A stretch of DNA of 64,000 bases from Candidatus Woesearchaeota archaeon (GCA_964549185.1 CAZJUI010000002.1:28409-92408); one strand, 5' to 3'; shown: positions 47,779 through 57,250, counted from the first letter of the stretch. Notes: a model not told the origin generated them from the letters alone. Numbers and translations are program-made.

Positions 47779-49710
47779 GTGAAAAAGATAACAATTTTAA
47801 GTATATTATTGATATTGGCAGTAGTTTTAACTCCTATTGCACAAGCAGCTGATTTAATAGTAACCTCTCCTAGTAACCCAAGCGGTAATCCAGGAGCAAC
47901 AGTTACAGTAACATTTTCAGCAAGAACAACAGGGTCAGTTCCTAAGCCAGTTACATTCTCAAGCTCAACATTAACTAAAGGAGCAGACACAATTACAGTT
48001 CCAGGAACATTTACAGACACATTAAATGATAATAACATTAAAACATTAAGCTTCCAAGTAACAATTCCAGCCGGAAAAGCAGCAGGAACATACTCTGGAA
48101 CAATAACAATTAAAGAGACAGGAAATGATGCAAACTCAGCTACATTACCTTATTCAGTAACAGTAAATTCAATAACAGCATTAGATGTTCAAACTTATAC
48201 AACTACAAATCCATTAACAGTTAATGTAGATAAAGGAGAATCAACAAGTTCTTCTTTTACAGTTCAAAATACAGGAACCAATGCATTAACATTAGATGCA
48301 AACTCATTTACATACGATGTAACAAAGTTTACAGATTCAAATGGAAAGATATTAACTTTATCATTTGTTCCATTAAAATCTAGCTTAGCAGCCGGAGAGC
48401 AAACAACAGTTACAGTTAGCATTAATGCTCCATCAGGAATAGAAATAGGAAATTATCTTGGAACAATAATTGCTAAATCAGGAACAGCACAAGATACATT
48501 TGCAATAGAAGCTAAAGTTCAACCAAGCATTTGTTCTGATGGTGTTCGTGGAAGAGTAACAGTTGATATAAAAGATCCAGATAATGGAGACGATTTCAAG
48601 CCAGGAGATACAATTCAAGTAACAGCTAAAGTTGATAATGATATAGGCGATGATTCGGACTTTGTAATAACAGCTGTTTTATATGATATTTCAGATGATA
48701 ACGAAGTTGAATCAGTAGATTCAGATTCAGTTTCAATAGATGATGGAGATAACGAAGATATAGATGTTGATTTGGAAGTTCCATATTCAGACATTAAAAA
48801 AGGAAGTTCTTACAAATTATTTGTGAAAGCTTATGAAGATGGAGAAGAAGACACAAATTGTGCTCTTGATAGTATTGACTTAGATTTAAAACTTGAAAAG
48901 CACGAAGTTCAAATTGACAAATTCACATTAGCTCCAATCCAAGTTTCATGCAGCGATACAGTAACAGCGGTAATTGGATTACAGAACATTGGCTCAAATG
49001 ACGAAGATGATGTCTATGTTTCATTAGTAAATTCATTGCTTGGATTAAATGAACAATCAACAACATTCGACTTAGATAAGCTTGGTGGAAGCGATGATAC
49101 ATCAACTGAAAGAATATCATTCCAAGTTCCAAATGATGCTAAAGATCAACAATATCAAATAACAGCAACTGTTTACTATAACGATGGAAAAGATTCAAGA
49201 GACAAAACACAAACATTAACAGTTAAAGGCTGTTCACCAACAACAGGAAAAATATATGAAGTTTCAACACCATCATCACTATCTGTTGATTCAGGAGATA
49301 CATTATCTCTTCCAGTTTCAATAACAAACAATGGAGATGAAAAAGTAACATTGACAGTATCAGCAGTTTCAAGTGATGGAAGTTTAAGTTCAGACAGTAA
49401 AACAGTAGTCCTTGATCCAGGAAAATCAACAACAGTAAATTTAGCTTTAGACGCTAAAGAAGGAATTTCAGGAACTAAAACATTAACATTAACAACAAAA
49501 TCAGGGAACACAGTTGTCGATACCAAAAACTTAAATGTCAACATAAGAAGTGCAGCTCCACCTGTAACAGGCGGAACAACAGGAACTGGTAAGGTTGATC
49601 AAAAAACAATATTCTGGATAATTGGAGACATAGTCTTGATTATAGTAGGATTATTCTTCATAAAATTGATCTTTTCCAGAAGAAAGAAAGACAAAGATGA
49701 ACTAGATTAA
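47779..49710 (+). CDS. Putative S-layer / multi-Ig surface protein with C-terminal TM
   Basis: GTG start after a GGGGG SD; Thr/Ser/Asp-rich Ig-like repeats; C.DG..G...PD..DDF.PG domain shared with 40534-45633. Confidence 0.85.
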   Translation: MKKITILSILLILAVVLTPIAQAADLIVTSPSNPSGNPGATVTVTFSARTTGSVPKPVTFSSSTLTKGADTITVPGTFTDTLNDNNIKTLSFQVTIPAGKAAGTYSGTITIKETGNDANSATLPYSVTVNSITALDVQTYTTTNPLTVNVDKGESTSSSFTVQNTGTNALTLDANSFTYDVTKFTDSNGKILTLSFVPLKSSLAAGEQTTVTVSINAPSGIEIGNYLGTIIAKSGTAQDTFAIEAKVQPSICSDGVRGRVTVDIKDPDNGDDFKPGDTIQVTAKVDNDIGDDSDFVITAVLYDISDDNEVESVDSDSVSIDDGDNEDIDVDLEVPYSDIKKGSSYKLFVKAYEDGEEDTNCALDSIDLDLKLEKHEVQIDKFTLAPIQVSCSDTVTAVIGLQNIGSNDEDDVYVSLVNSLLGLNEQSTTFDLDKLGGSDDTSTERISFQVPNDAKDQQYQITATVYYNDGKDSRDKTQTLTVKGCSPTTGKIYEVSTPSSLSVDSGDTLSLPVSITNNGDEKVTLTVSAVSSDGSLSSDSKTVVLDPGKSTTVNLALDAKEGISGTKTLTLTTKSGNTVVDTKNLNVNIRSAAPPVTGGTTGTGKVDQKTIFWIIGDIVLIIVGLFFIKLIFSRRKKDKDELD

Positions 49711-49759
49711 TTTTTTCTTTTTTAATAATCTTTTTAAATAGCTAAATAATTCTAATAAT

Positions 49760-51121
49760 ATGAAAAAACATCAAGATTTTTTATCTCTTGGAGAAGAATA
49801 TTATAAGATTATTGAGATGCATAAGAAATATGTAGCAGAAACTATCCCAAGAAGAACTGACCCAAATCCAAAAGATAGTGTAAAAAGAATTCATAAAGCC
49901 CTGAATATATTAAAACCATTTTTAGATATAGAGGTAAAATTTGAAGAAAATTGGTTATACAACAATATTGTAGAAGAACCTTGCTCGTTACATGGCTGCA
50001 CACATCGTAATTTTGATATAACACAATATTCAACAGATATTAAAGAACATTTAGATGAAATAAAATTAAGTTTAAAGAGAAAATTAGTAAAAAATTCATT
50101 AGCTCTTTTATTTTCATCAGAAAGAGAAACAATATTTTCTTCTGAAAAATTAAGATATCCAAAATTAAACTCAGAGGAAAAAGAAATAATAAAAGAATTA
50201 GGACAACATTTTCCATTTGGTTACGATTCAAATAAAGAAATTCCAGAAATAAAAAAACTTAATTTATTATCACAAAATAAACTAGAAGAAATAATAGTTT
50301 CTTTATCATCAAAAGGATTTTCTCATGAATTTATAACAGCGATAAGAATGTCTTATCAACCAAGAAAAATAGAAGAATATAAAACTATAAAACAGGAAAA
50401 AGAAATAAAACAAGCAATAAATAAAGAGATATCAGAGGAAGATAAAGCTTATTCATTGGAAATATTAAAAGTTATCGGAATAGAAGGAGATATTGCAACA
50501 ATAATATCTTCGAAATTTTCTACAGAGAAAATAGAAGAAAGATATAAAAAACTTGAAGACTTAGTAGGATATCATTTAGCTGAAAAATTGATACACAAAA
50601 ATAATGAAATAGCATTATTAGATCCGCCAGAATATTCATTATATCTTAGATTATTAAAAAATACTTTAAATAAGATTAGAATAAATGAAATAACAGATGA
50701 TGAATATAACATCGAACATAATGTTAAGGTATTTTCCAGCATACCATCTTTAGAAAATTTGTTAAAGAAACTGAAAGAAGAAAATCCAAGCATAGTTGAA
50801 GAACAAGAGTTTGATGATGAAACAGAAGTTGAAAAAATTAGAATAACTGGTCAAGATTTAACAACTATAAAAAATGTTCTTAAAAACGTTTATGATGGAG
50901 AAAGAATAGTCAGAGAATTAAGTCCAATAATTAAAAAATATGGATTATCATTTGATATGACTGGAAAACAACACATAGGTCTATATGGAGAATTTGATGG
51001 AAAAAAGAGAATAATAAAAACATTTGCACTTTCACCTAGCGATGTTCGTGCAGGTAGACCAGCATTTACAGAACTTAAAAGAAGGCTTAAAGAAGAGGGA
51101 TATATATTATCAAATGATTGA
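49760..51121 (+). CDS. Hypothetical protein with C-terminal HicA-like domain
   Basis: YGLSFDMTGKQHIGLY...TFALSPSDVRA...LKR. Confidence 0.6.
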   Translation: MKKHQDFLSLGEEYYKIIEMHKKYVAETIPRRTDPNPKDSVKRIHKALNILKPFLDIEVKFEENWLYNNIVEEPCSLHGCTHRNFDITQYSTDIKEHLDEIKLSLKRKLVKNSLALLFSSERETIFSSEKLRYPKLNSEEKEIIKELGQHFPFGYDSNKEIPEIKKLNLLSQNKLEEIIVSLSSKGFSHEFITAIRMSYQPRKIEEYKTIKQEKEIKQAINKEISEEDKAYSLEILKVIGIEGDIATIISSKFSTEKIEERYKKLEDLVGYHLAEKLIHKNNEIALLDPPEYSLYLRLLKNTLNKIRINEITDDEYNIEHNVKVFSSIPSLENLLKKLKEENPSIVEEQEFDDETEVEKIRITGQDLTTIKNVLKNVYDGERIVRELSPIIKKYGLSFDMTGKQHIGLYGEFDGKKRIIKTFALSPSDVRAGRPAFTELKRRLKEEGYILSND

Positions 51122-52040
51122 AACCTATATTAAAAATAACAAACTAATCTCAGAAAAAGAATGGCATAATAATATTTTTAAATTAGAAACGAAATATGAA
51201 AATCTAATTGATAATAAACAGATAGCAATAAGGCTAATACAAAGACACTTAACAGAAGCAATTAAGAAAAGAGCAACAAATAATTTTGCAATTTTATTAT
51301 CTGGAGGTTTAGATTCAAATTTGCTTGCAATAATAGCAAAAAATCTTAATCTTAACTTTACTTGTTATTCTCTTGGTTTAGAAGATTCAGAAGACTTAAA
51401 GTTTGCGATTAAATTAGTTAAAAAATATAAATTGAGACATAAAGTAAAAATAATATCGTTAAAAGAACTAGAAGATTCATTAAAACAGGTTATTCAAATT
51501 CTTAAATCAGATGATGTTGTTAAACTTGAAATTGGAGTTTTAAATTATTTAGCATTAAAAGAAGTAAAGAAAGATAATTTTAAAGTTGTTCTAACTGGTT
51601 TAGGTGCAGAGGAGATGTTTGGTGGTTATCAGCGTCATCAAGATTTATATAATAATCAAAAACAAGTCCATGAAGAATGTTGGCGAGGCTTAAAAAATGA
51701 CATATATCAAAGAGATCTAACAAGAGATGTAAACATTGCATTAAATTTAGGTATAGATGTAAGAACGCCTTTTTTAGATGAAGATGTTATAAAACAAGGG
51801 ATGTTTATACACCCTACACTAAAAGTAGATGAAATTAGAAGAAAAATTATCTTACAAGAATTAGCATTATCATTAGATATATCAGAAGAATTTGCTTTAC
51901 GTCCAAAAAAAGCAGCACAATATGGTTCATCTATTTCTAAAGCAATAGAAAAATTAACTAAGCAAAACAGATTTAAATACAAAAAAGATTATATTTCTTC
52001 ACTTAGTAAACTTCAAAAACCCAAAGATTTGCATAAATAA
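51114..52040 (+). CDS. Asparagine synthetase-like protein (synthetase domain only, no GATase domain)
   Basis: LLSGGLDS PP-loop, LTGLGAEEMFGGY, RTPFLD, RPKKAAQYGS; likely start 51114. Confidence 0.85.
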   Translation: MIETYIKNNKLISEKEWHNNIFKLETKYENLIDNKQIAIRLIQRHLTEAIKKRATNNFAILLSGGLDSNLLAIIAKNLNLNFTCYSLGLEDSEDLKFAIKLVKKYKLRHKVKIISLKELEDSLKQVIQILKSDDVVKLEIGVLNYLALKEVKKDNFKVVLTGLGAEEMFGGYQRHQDLYNNQKQVHEECWRGLKNDIYQRDLTRDVNIALNLGIDVRTPFLDEDVIKQGMFIHPTLKVDEIRRKIILQELALSLDISEEFALRPKKAAQYGSSISKAIEKLTKQNRFKYKKDYISSLSKLQKPKDLHK

Positions 52041-52109
52041 ATCTTTTTTGAATAAATAAAACAACACTAATAAGATTACTATTATCAATATTATATTCCA
52101 AATTTTCAT
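51999..52109 (-). CDS. 36-aa single-TM small protein (absent from the ORF track)
   Basis: GGGAGG SD 5 nt upstream; MKIWNIILIIVILLVLFYLFKKDLFMQIFGFLKFTK. Confidence 0.5.
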   Translation of the reverse strand: MKIWNIILIIVILLVLFYLFKKDLFMQIFGFLKFTK

Positions 52110-52129
52110 TTTTTCCTCCCTTTATTATA

Positions 52130-52213
52130 AGGGCAGTATGGGATTTGCACCCATGAATAATCGCTTACCACTTTTAACTGCAGGCGATCGCCTTACTGCT
52201 TGGCCAACTGCCC
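52130..52213 (-). tRNA. tRNA-Cys(GCA) with 12-nt intron at 37/38 (52166-52177)
   Basis: GGGCAGT/ACTGCCC acceptor stem, ATCGC/GCGAT anticodon stem, U73 discriminator, T-loop TGCAAAT; intron GUGG pairs with CUGC (BHB-like); no CCA. Confidence 0.95.
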
Positions 52214-52263
52214 GTAATTATTTCTCATTAATAAAACTTTATAAAGCTTTCTCGAAGGGTAAT

Positions 52264-52503
52264 TTAATCTTTTTTTAGTTCTTCTAACATCTTTTTCTCT
52301 AAAAATCTTGACATATTAATATTCTTCTTTCTACAATAAGCCTTAAAATCTCTTAATATATTTTCATCTATTGTAATGTTTAATCTTTGCCTTCTATATA
52401 TCTTTGGAAGTTTTCTTGTTCTTTCATATTCTTCTAAGCTTTCAAAAATTTCAGGATATCTATCTATTATTTTTCTAGCTCTTTTAACATTATATGATAC
52501 CAT
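52264..52503 (-). CDS. RHH-type antitoxin (CcdA-like)
   Basis: RLNITIDENI...NINMSRFLE. Confidence 0.75.
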   Translation of the reverse strand: MVSYNVKRARKIIDRYPEIFESLEEYERTRKLPKIYRRQRLNITIDENILRDFKAYCRKKNINMSRFLEKKMLEELKKD

Positions 52504-52822
52504 TTTTTATACTCCTTTCAATTTCATTTATACTAACTAACTTTTTTCTCAAAATTTTTATTACTATTCTTGGAATTTCTTCTCGATTGTAATCTATTTT
52601 ATTAAGATCCATTAAAAGCATTATCACAGCAGTAGCAGTCCTTTTATTTCCATCTTCAAATACATAATCGGTTAATATTGCCCTTGAAATTGTAGCAGCC
52701 GACCTAAGCCAATTCTTACTACTTGCATTTGTTTGAACAGCATAATCAATACTATTTTCATTAACTATCCTCCCATTTGAAAACTTCTTATTTATCTCTA
52801 TAATATCCTTTTTGCTTAACAT
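52490..52822 (-). CDS. Fic/Doc-family protein with catalytic His replaced by Tyr
   Basis: YVFEDGNKRTA versus the HxFx(D/E)GNxR motif; likely start MLSKKD at 52822. Confidence 0.8.
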   Translation of the reverse strand: MLSKKDIIEINKKFSNGRIVNENSIDYAVQTNASSKNWLRSAATISRAILTDYVFEDGNKRTATAVIMLLMDLNKIDYNREEIPRIVIKILRKKLVSINEIERSIKNGII

Positions 52823-52921
52823 TTTAATACGTACGTATACGTATAGATATTTAAGGCTTTCGGAGATACCGTTCCTTTTTTTATTAAAAGACAATTAGCT
52901 TTTTTGTAGAAAATACAAGAA

Positions 52922-53236
52922 TTATACACTGATTAACCCATTTATCTTATTAATAATTTCTTTATGTGTATTTTTAGATATCTTAGCTATTTTTTTAATT
53001 GCTAAATCTTTCAAAAAAGTATGTATCTGCCAATATTTAACCTTGCTTTTTAAAGGAAGATTTCCATATTCAAAATTGGTTATCGAAATGCCTTCACTTT
53101 CAGGATTGCTAGTTATTGCACAGCCGATAATATCTTGTCCCCTGATACCAAGAACAAGCATCGGCCTTTTCTTTGCATTAATTAAATCGGAAAACGGAAA
53201 ATTAATTATTACAATATCACCTTTAGAGAACATCAT
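52922..53236 (-). CDS. PemK/MazF-family toxin
   Basis: GDIV...FPFSD....KKRP.LVL...ITS. Confidence 0.88.
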   Translation of the reverse strand: MMFSKGDIVIINFPFSDLINAKKRPMLVLGIRGQDIIGCAITSNPESEGISITNFEYGNLPLKSKVKYWQIHTFLKDLAIKKIAKISKNTHKEIINKINGLISV

Positions 53237-53456
53237 CCCACCTTTCGTCATATTTATTGTTCCAGATTTTTTTTAACGAGGATTCACTAAGAAGCATTAA
53301 TAAATGTTTTTCATTTAATTTTATAGGTTTAATAAATATATTCTCTTTTCCCTCGCTAACTAAAAGTTTTGTACCTTTCTGAATCCTAAAATCTTCTCGA
53401 ATCTTCTTAGGTATCACAATCTGTCCTTTTTCTCCAACTGTGATTACTTCTGCCAT
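53223..53456 (-). CDS. AbrB/MazE-fold antitoxin
   Basis: VGEKGQIVIPKKIRE...SE.SL..IW....DERW. Confidence 0.88.
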   Translation of the reverse strand: MAEVITVGEKGQIVIPKKIREDFRIQKGTKLLVSEGKENIFIKPIKLNEKHLLMLLSESSLKKIWNNKYDERWDDVL

Positions 53457-53597
53457 ACTAGTAGGAAAATACTACAAATATAAAAGGCTTTCTATCAATG
53501 AGTCTGTTAAATATTCTCTGTTTAAGATATGATGGAAAAAGTTTCCTTTTATTTAGCATTAATTAGGTTTAACAAAACTCTACCGATAAATGATAAG

Positions 53598-53685
53598 CGG
53601 GCCCACGGGGATTTGAACCCCGGACCTATTGCTCTCCCCTTAAGAATAGAAGGCAATTGCGCTATCCAGGCTGCGCTATGGGCCC
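53598..53685 (-). tRNA. tRNA-Arg(TCT) with 13-nt intron at 37/38 (53634-53646)
   Basis: GGGCCCA/TGGGCCC acceptor stem, GCGC D-stem, ATTGC/GCAAT anticodon stem, TTCAAAT T-loop; no CCA. Confidence 0.95.
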
Positions 53686-53741
53686 ACAACGAGAAATAAG
53701 CTAATTAAACAATATTAAAGCTTTTCTATTAACAATTAAAA

Positions 53742-54572
53742 CTAAAAATTAACTCCAAAATTTATTACACCAATAGAGAATAATATTAATAAAATTCCTA
53801 ATGCAACCATAACAATTCCCGTAGCTAGTCTCATCCATTTCCTGTCTTTCTTCCTAATATCTTCTAATTTTTTCATGCTTGAACCGAAATAAGCCAATAA
53901 CAGTATAATAATTAAAGGCAATACAAAAATAAAGTTATACAACAATAAATATCCCAAAACAGTAAGGTCAAAACCTATTCTAGATAACAAAGTTGTTATA
54001 GCTAAATATGGTCCACCTGTGCAAGGCAGTTCAACAGCAGCAACAAATATCCCTAAGATAATAGCTCCAGGGGCAGAAAGTTTCTTTACCTTCTCTTTAA
54101 TCTGTAAACTCCTCTTATAAGGTATGCTTAAACTAAATCCTTTTCCATACCACCAAAAATCTTTAATCTCCACTAATCCAAGTAAGATTACCAATATTCC
54201 AACTCCAATTCCAATTGGCTCAGCCAGGTTAAATCTTTGTATGAATAATAATAAACCGACTCCCGCTAAGAAATAAGTTATATAAACAGCTAAGATATAA
54301 ATTGTCCCTATTAATAACATTTTTTTCTTATCTTTAGATAATGCAAGTAATGTACTTATTAATAATATTAAAACACCAATTGCACAAGGATTAATGCTAT
54401 CAATTAAAGCAGTTGTTATTACAACAGGAAGCGCAGGTAAAGAAACACCTTCTTTTATAACAGCTCCTGTGATCAAATTAGATTCTCTGCCAAGAAATAA
54501 TGATTGTCCAAATATCAATATTCCAAATAACATAAGAAATAAAACAAATATCGAAATAATCTTATATCTCAT
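53742..54572 (-). CDS. CcdA/DsbD-like transmembrane thiol-disulfide transporter
   Basis: DSINPCA and ELPCTGGPY Pro-Cys motifs. Confidence 0.85.
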   Translation of the reverse strand: MRYKIISIFVLFLMLFGILIFGQSLFLGRESNLITGAVIKEGVSLPALPVVITTALIDSINPCAIGVLILLISTLLALSKDKKKMLLIGTIYILAVYITYFLAGVGLLLFIQRFNLAEPIGIGVGILVILLGLVEIKDFWWYGKGFSLSIPYKRSLQIKEKVKKLSAPGAIILGIFVAAVELPCTGGPYLAITTLLSRIGFDLTVLGYLLLYNFIFVLPLIIILLLAYFGSSMKKLEDIRKKDRKWMRLATGIVMVALGILLILFSIGVINFGVNF

Positions 54573-54976
54573 ACCAATGTGCACCCGCTTTTATCAGCTA
54601 ATTGTTGAAGTTCTGTTACACCAACAATAACACTTCCATCGCTAAACTCCCAAGTTGGATATTTAGCCACATTTTTTTCTAAACATAAACTAGATTGTCC
54701 TCTTATTCCTCTGCAAGCAATTGGTAAATCTTCTGTATCGCATCTAGGATCACATTCTACATAAACTTCCCTAGATTTTATTATCGCCATCGAACTTCCA
54801 AATAATTTTTCTTGTTTTGCACAATTTGGACACCAAAAAGCACCATATTCTTTTACCCCTTTATCAGCTAAACAGTTTGCTAATCCATCTACTTGTTCCT
54901 TGCTATATTTAACACCACTACAACCAATAATAAAGATTAAACCCAATGAAAGCAAAATTATTATCTCTTTTTTCAT
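54569..54976 (-). CDS. Exported thioredoxin-like protein
   Basis: Signal/lipobox-like IIGC, YGAFWCPNC, YPTW; SD GGAGGTG. Confidence 0.85.
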   Translation of the reverse strand: MKKEIIILLSLGLIFIIGCSGVKYSKEQVDGLANCLADKGVKEYGAFWCPNCAKQEKLFGSSMAIIKSREVYVECDPRCDTEDLPIACRGIRGQSSLCLEKNVAKYPTWEFSDGSVIVGVTELQQLADKSGCTLV

Positions 54977-55416
54977 GAATAACACCTCCATAGTTTATAT
55001 GAGAATATAAGTAATAATATTATAAAGATATCTAAAGTTACACATAATATGCAAATTGACAAAATTAAAAACAATTCAGCATAAACTAAATATAAAGCAA
55101 ATAATAAACTTATTATCATTAAATAAAAGAGAATCTTTGATAACTTTTTCTTAGCATCTTTATTACCTTTCTCAATCTTATTTAATAAAATCAAGATAAC
55201 TATAAACGTGACAAATCCCATCAAAGAAACAGGTATCCCAGATCCAGGTGGAAATTCTGAATAAATACTTTTATTAACAATATCACAACTTAATCCTTCA
55301 CTTACATCACAAAAACTGGATTTATCAGAATAATGTAAATATATTAGATATACAGAAAGAATTATAGATATAAATACAATAATTCTCATCCATTTTATTA
55401 TTTTATTTGGTTTCAT
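54973..55416 (-). CDS. VKOR-family disulfide-bond formation protein
   Basis: Loop Cys pair (SFC...SC..V..S.YS), GIP, CILC. Confidence 0.88.
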   Translation of the reverse strand: MKPNKIIKWMRIIVFISIILSVYLIYLHYSDKSSFCDVSEGLSCDIVNKSIYSEFPPGSGIPVSLMGFVTFIVILILLNKIEKGNKDAKKKLSKILFYLMIISLLFALYLVYAELFLILSICILCVTLDIFIILLLIFSYKLWRCYS

Positions 55417-55712
55417 TTTACGAACTCATAAACAAAAAATAAGAATATTGCTAAACAACCAATTATTGCAGTTATCACAACTAAATTTATTTGTTTGTTT
55501 ATATTCTTCCCTTCTTTAATAATATTTTTTAATATAAGATAAACTAAAAAAAAGAAAATTAAAGATAAGACGCTTTTTGCAATCCAATGATGTCCGAAAA
55601 TACTAGCAAGCATGTTTTTAAAAGCTTCATTTAATTCACTATAAATTGTTAGAAAAACTATTAATATAAATGTTGAAATTGCTGATATTGATAAAACTCT
55701 TAAATTTTTCAT
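55413..55712 (-). CDS. Small 3-TM membrane protein
   Basis: FGHHWIAK; ATGA overlaps. Confidence 0.75.
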   Translation of the reverse strand: MKNLRVLSISAISTFILIVFLTIYSELNEAFKNMLASIFGHHWIAKSVLSLIFFFLVYLILKNIIKEGKNINKQINLVVITAIIGCLAIFLFFVYEFVK

Positions 55713-56182
55713 ATTACTTTAGCCTCCAAGCCAGCTCTAGCTCCGCTAGATATTAAATATCCCATAGCACCTATAGCAAATGCAAGAAGAAATATTAATC
55801 CGCTTAATAAAATAACAGACATTCTTAATTTATTATTTTTTATAATCTCATTTGGATTTTTCCATAGAACAGCTGCTGCAAATATTGCTAAAAATGGCAA
55901 AAACAAAAATATATGCTCCTTAGTTTCCATAAAAATTGAGTGTGCCCAAGGTTGTGGCCCTTCCTTTATTATAGGTTTAACATTAGCTCCATAGGTATTA
56001 ACATAATAATAACCTCCAATAAACCAACTAGATAAAAACAAAATAACAGCAATTAAAGAAATTATTTTTGCTCTGTTTATCCTTTCAATTGTCGGATTTA
56101 ATAGTTCAATCAATATCCATAAAAAACCAATTCCCGCTAGCTCTCCAAGAAATGCATGTGCTCCTATAAGTAAACTCACCAT
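55709..56182 (-). CDS. 4-TM membrane protein with conserved-looking His residues (possible haem b)
   Basis: HAFLG, GG..YV..YG..VK..I..GP.PWAH...METKEH. Confidence 0.7.
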   Translation of the reverse strand: MVSLLIGAHAFLGELAGIGFLWILIELLNPTIERINRAKIISLIAVILFLSSWFIGGYYYVNTYGANVKPIIKEGPQPWAHSIFMETKEHIFLFLPFLAIFAAAVLWKNPNEIIKNNKLRMSVILLSGLIFLLAFAIGAMGYLISSGARAGLEAKVI

Positions 56183-56230
56183 CTTTTTTCCAATAAAAAT
56201 TTATCTTTCTGATATATAAGCTTTTTCACT

Positions 56231-56644
56231 TTAAAAATCATTGCATTTTTCTTTTATATCTTTGATGAATTTTAATTCTCCATCAACATATTTTATTATT
56301 CTGTCATTTAAGCAGATATAATTATAATTAAAATCTATTAATGCCTGGCTATTCCTTATCAACTGCGTTACAGCATCATCCCTAGTTAAGGCATTTCTTC
56401 TTATATTTATCTTTCCTTCGCCAATCAGATCATCACCATAATAAAATTTCCAATAACCTTTCCCTTTTGCAATATAATGTGCATTTCCCCCTCCATCTAT
56501 AAATTCCTTAACCGTATACCATAATTCAGTGCATATTGTAAGCCCAAAATCAGTATAATAACATTCAAAATAATCTGGTTTATTATCTGCTATAACTACT
56601 GGAAAAATCAATATTAATAACAAGAACATAATAAATATTTTCAA
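56231..56644 (-). CDS. Small secreted Cys-containing beta protein (paralogue of 56719-57126)
   Basis: TTG start after a GGGGTGA SD; GYWKFY...LIG.GKIN..RN.LT.DD. Confidence 0.8.
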   Translation of the reverse strand: MKIFIMFLLLILIFPVVIADNKPDYFECYYTDFGLTICTELWYTVKEFIDGGGNAHYIAKGKGYWKFYYGDDLIGEGKINIRRNALTRDDAVTQLIRNSQALIDFNYNYICLNDRIIKYVDGELKFIKDIKEKCNDF

Positions 56645-56718
56645 ATTGTCACCCCAAATAATTTAATAAAATTAAGGATATATAAATTTTTTAAACTACT
56701 TTTAAGGAAACATTTATC

Positions 56719-57126
56719 TTAAAATCCATTACACTTCATCTTACTATCTTTAATAAACTGTAATTCACCATTATTATATTTTATCATTCTATCAAAAAAA
56801 CATATTGTATTTTCATTAAAATTTATTAGGGCATTGCTCATTTTTAATATCTGTTTAACATCATCTTTGGTTAAAGAATTCCTTTGCACGTTTATTTTCC
56901 CCTTTCCTATAAGTTCATTATTGATATAAAACTTCCAATAGCCAATACTTCTGAACATGTAGTGATCATTATTGCCATCATTAAATTCCTTTATGCTATA
57001 CCATCCATCAATACAAAAAGAAAAATTATCCATTTCACTACATTCAGAATAATAATGTTTTCCATCATTGGCTAAAACAGCCACAGGTAATAACAAAATC
57101 AATGTCAGTAATACTACCCTTTTCAT
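56719..57126 (-). CDS. Small secreted Cys-containing beta protein
   Basis: Signal peptide; four Cys conserved with neighbour. Confidence 0.8.
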   Translation of the reverse strand: MKRVVLLTLILLLPVAVLANDGKHYYSECSEMDNFSFCIDGWYSIKEFNDGNNDHYMFRSIGYWKFYINNELIGKGKINVQRNSLTKDDVKQILKMSNALINFNENTICFFDRMIKYNNGELQFIKDSKMKCNGF

Positions 57127-57250
57127 TTTAGTTGAGCTAGATCAACTATATATAAGCCTTTCTATTATATATCTTATAATATATATCTTTAAGAATATAA
57201 AAGTTAAATAGAAAACTATATATATCAAAATTATTATTAATATTTAAAAA

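Noticed and set aside
40931..49544. Many minus-strand ORFs within the large surface genes
   Set aside because: Antisense shadows caused by codon bias; fully nested in well-supported + strand genes.
52214..53597. tRNA-integrated genomic island
   Set aside because: No duplicated tRNA 3' end and no integrase found.
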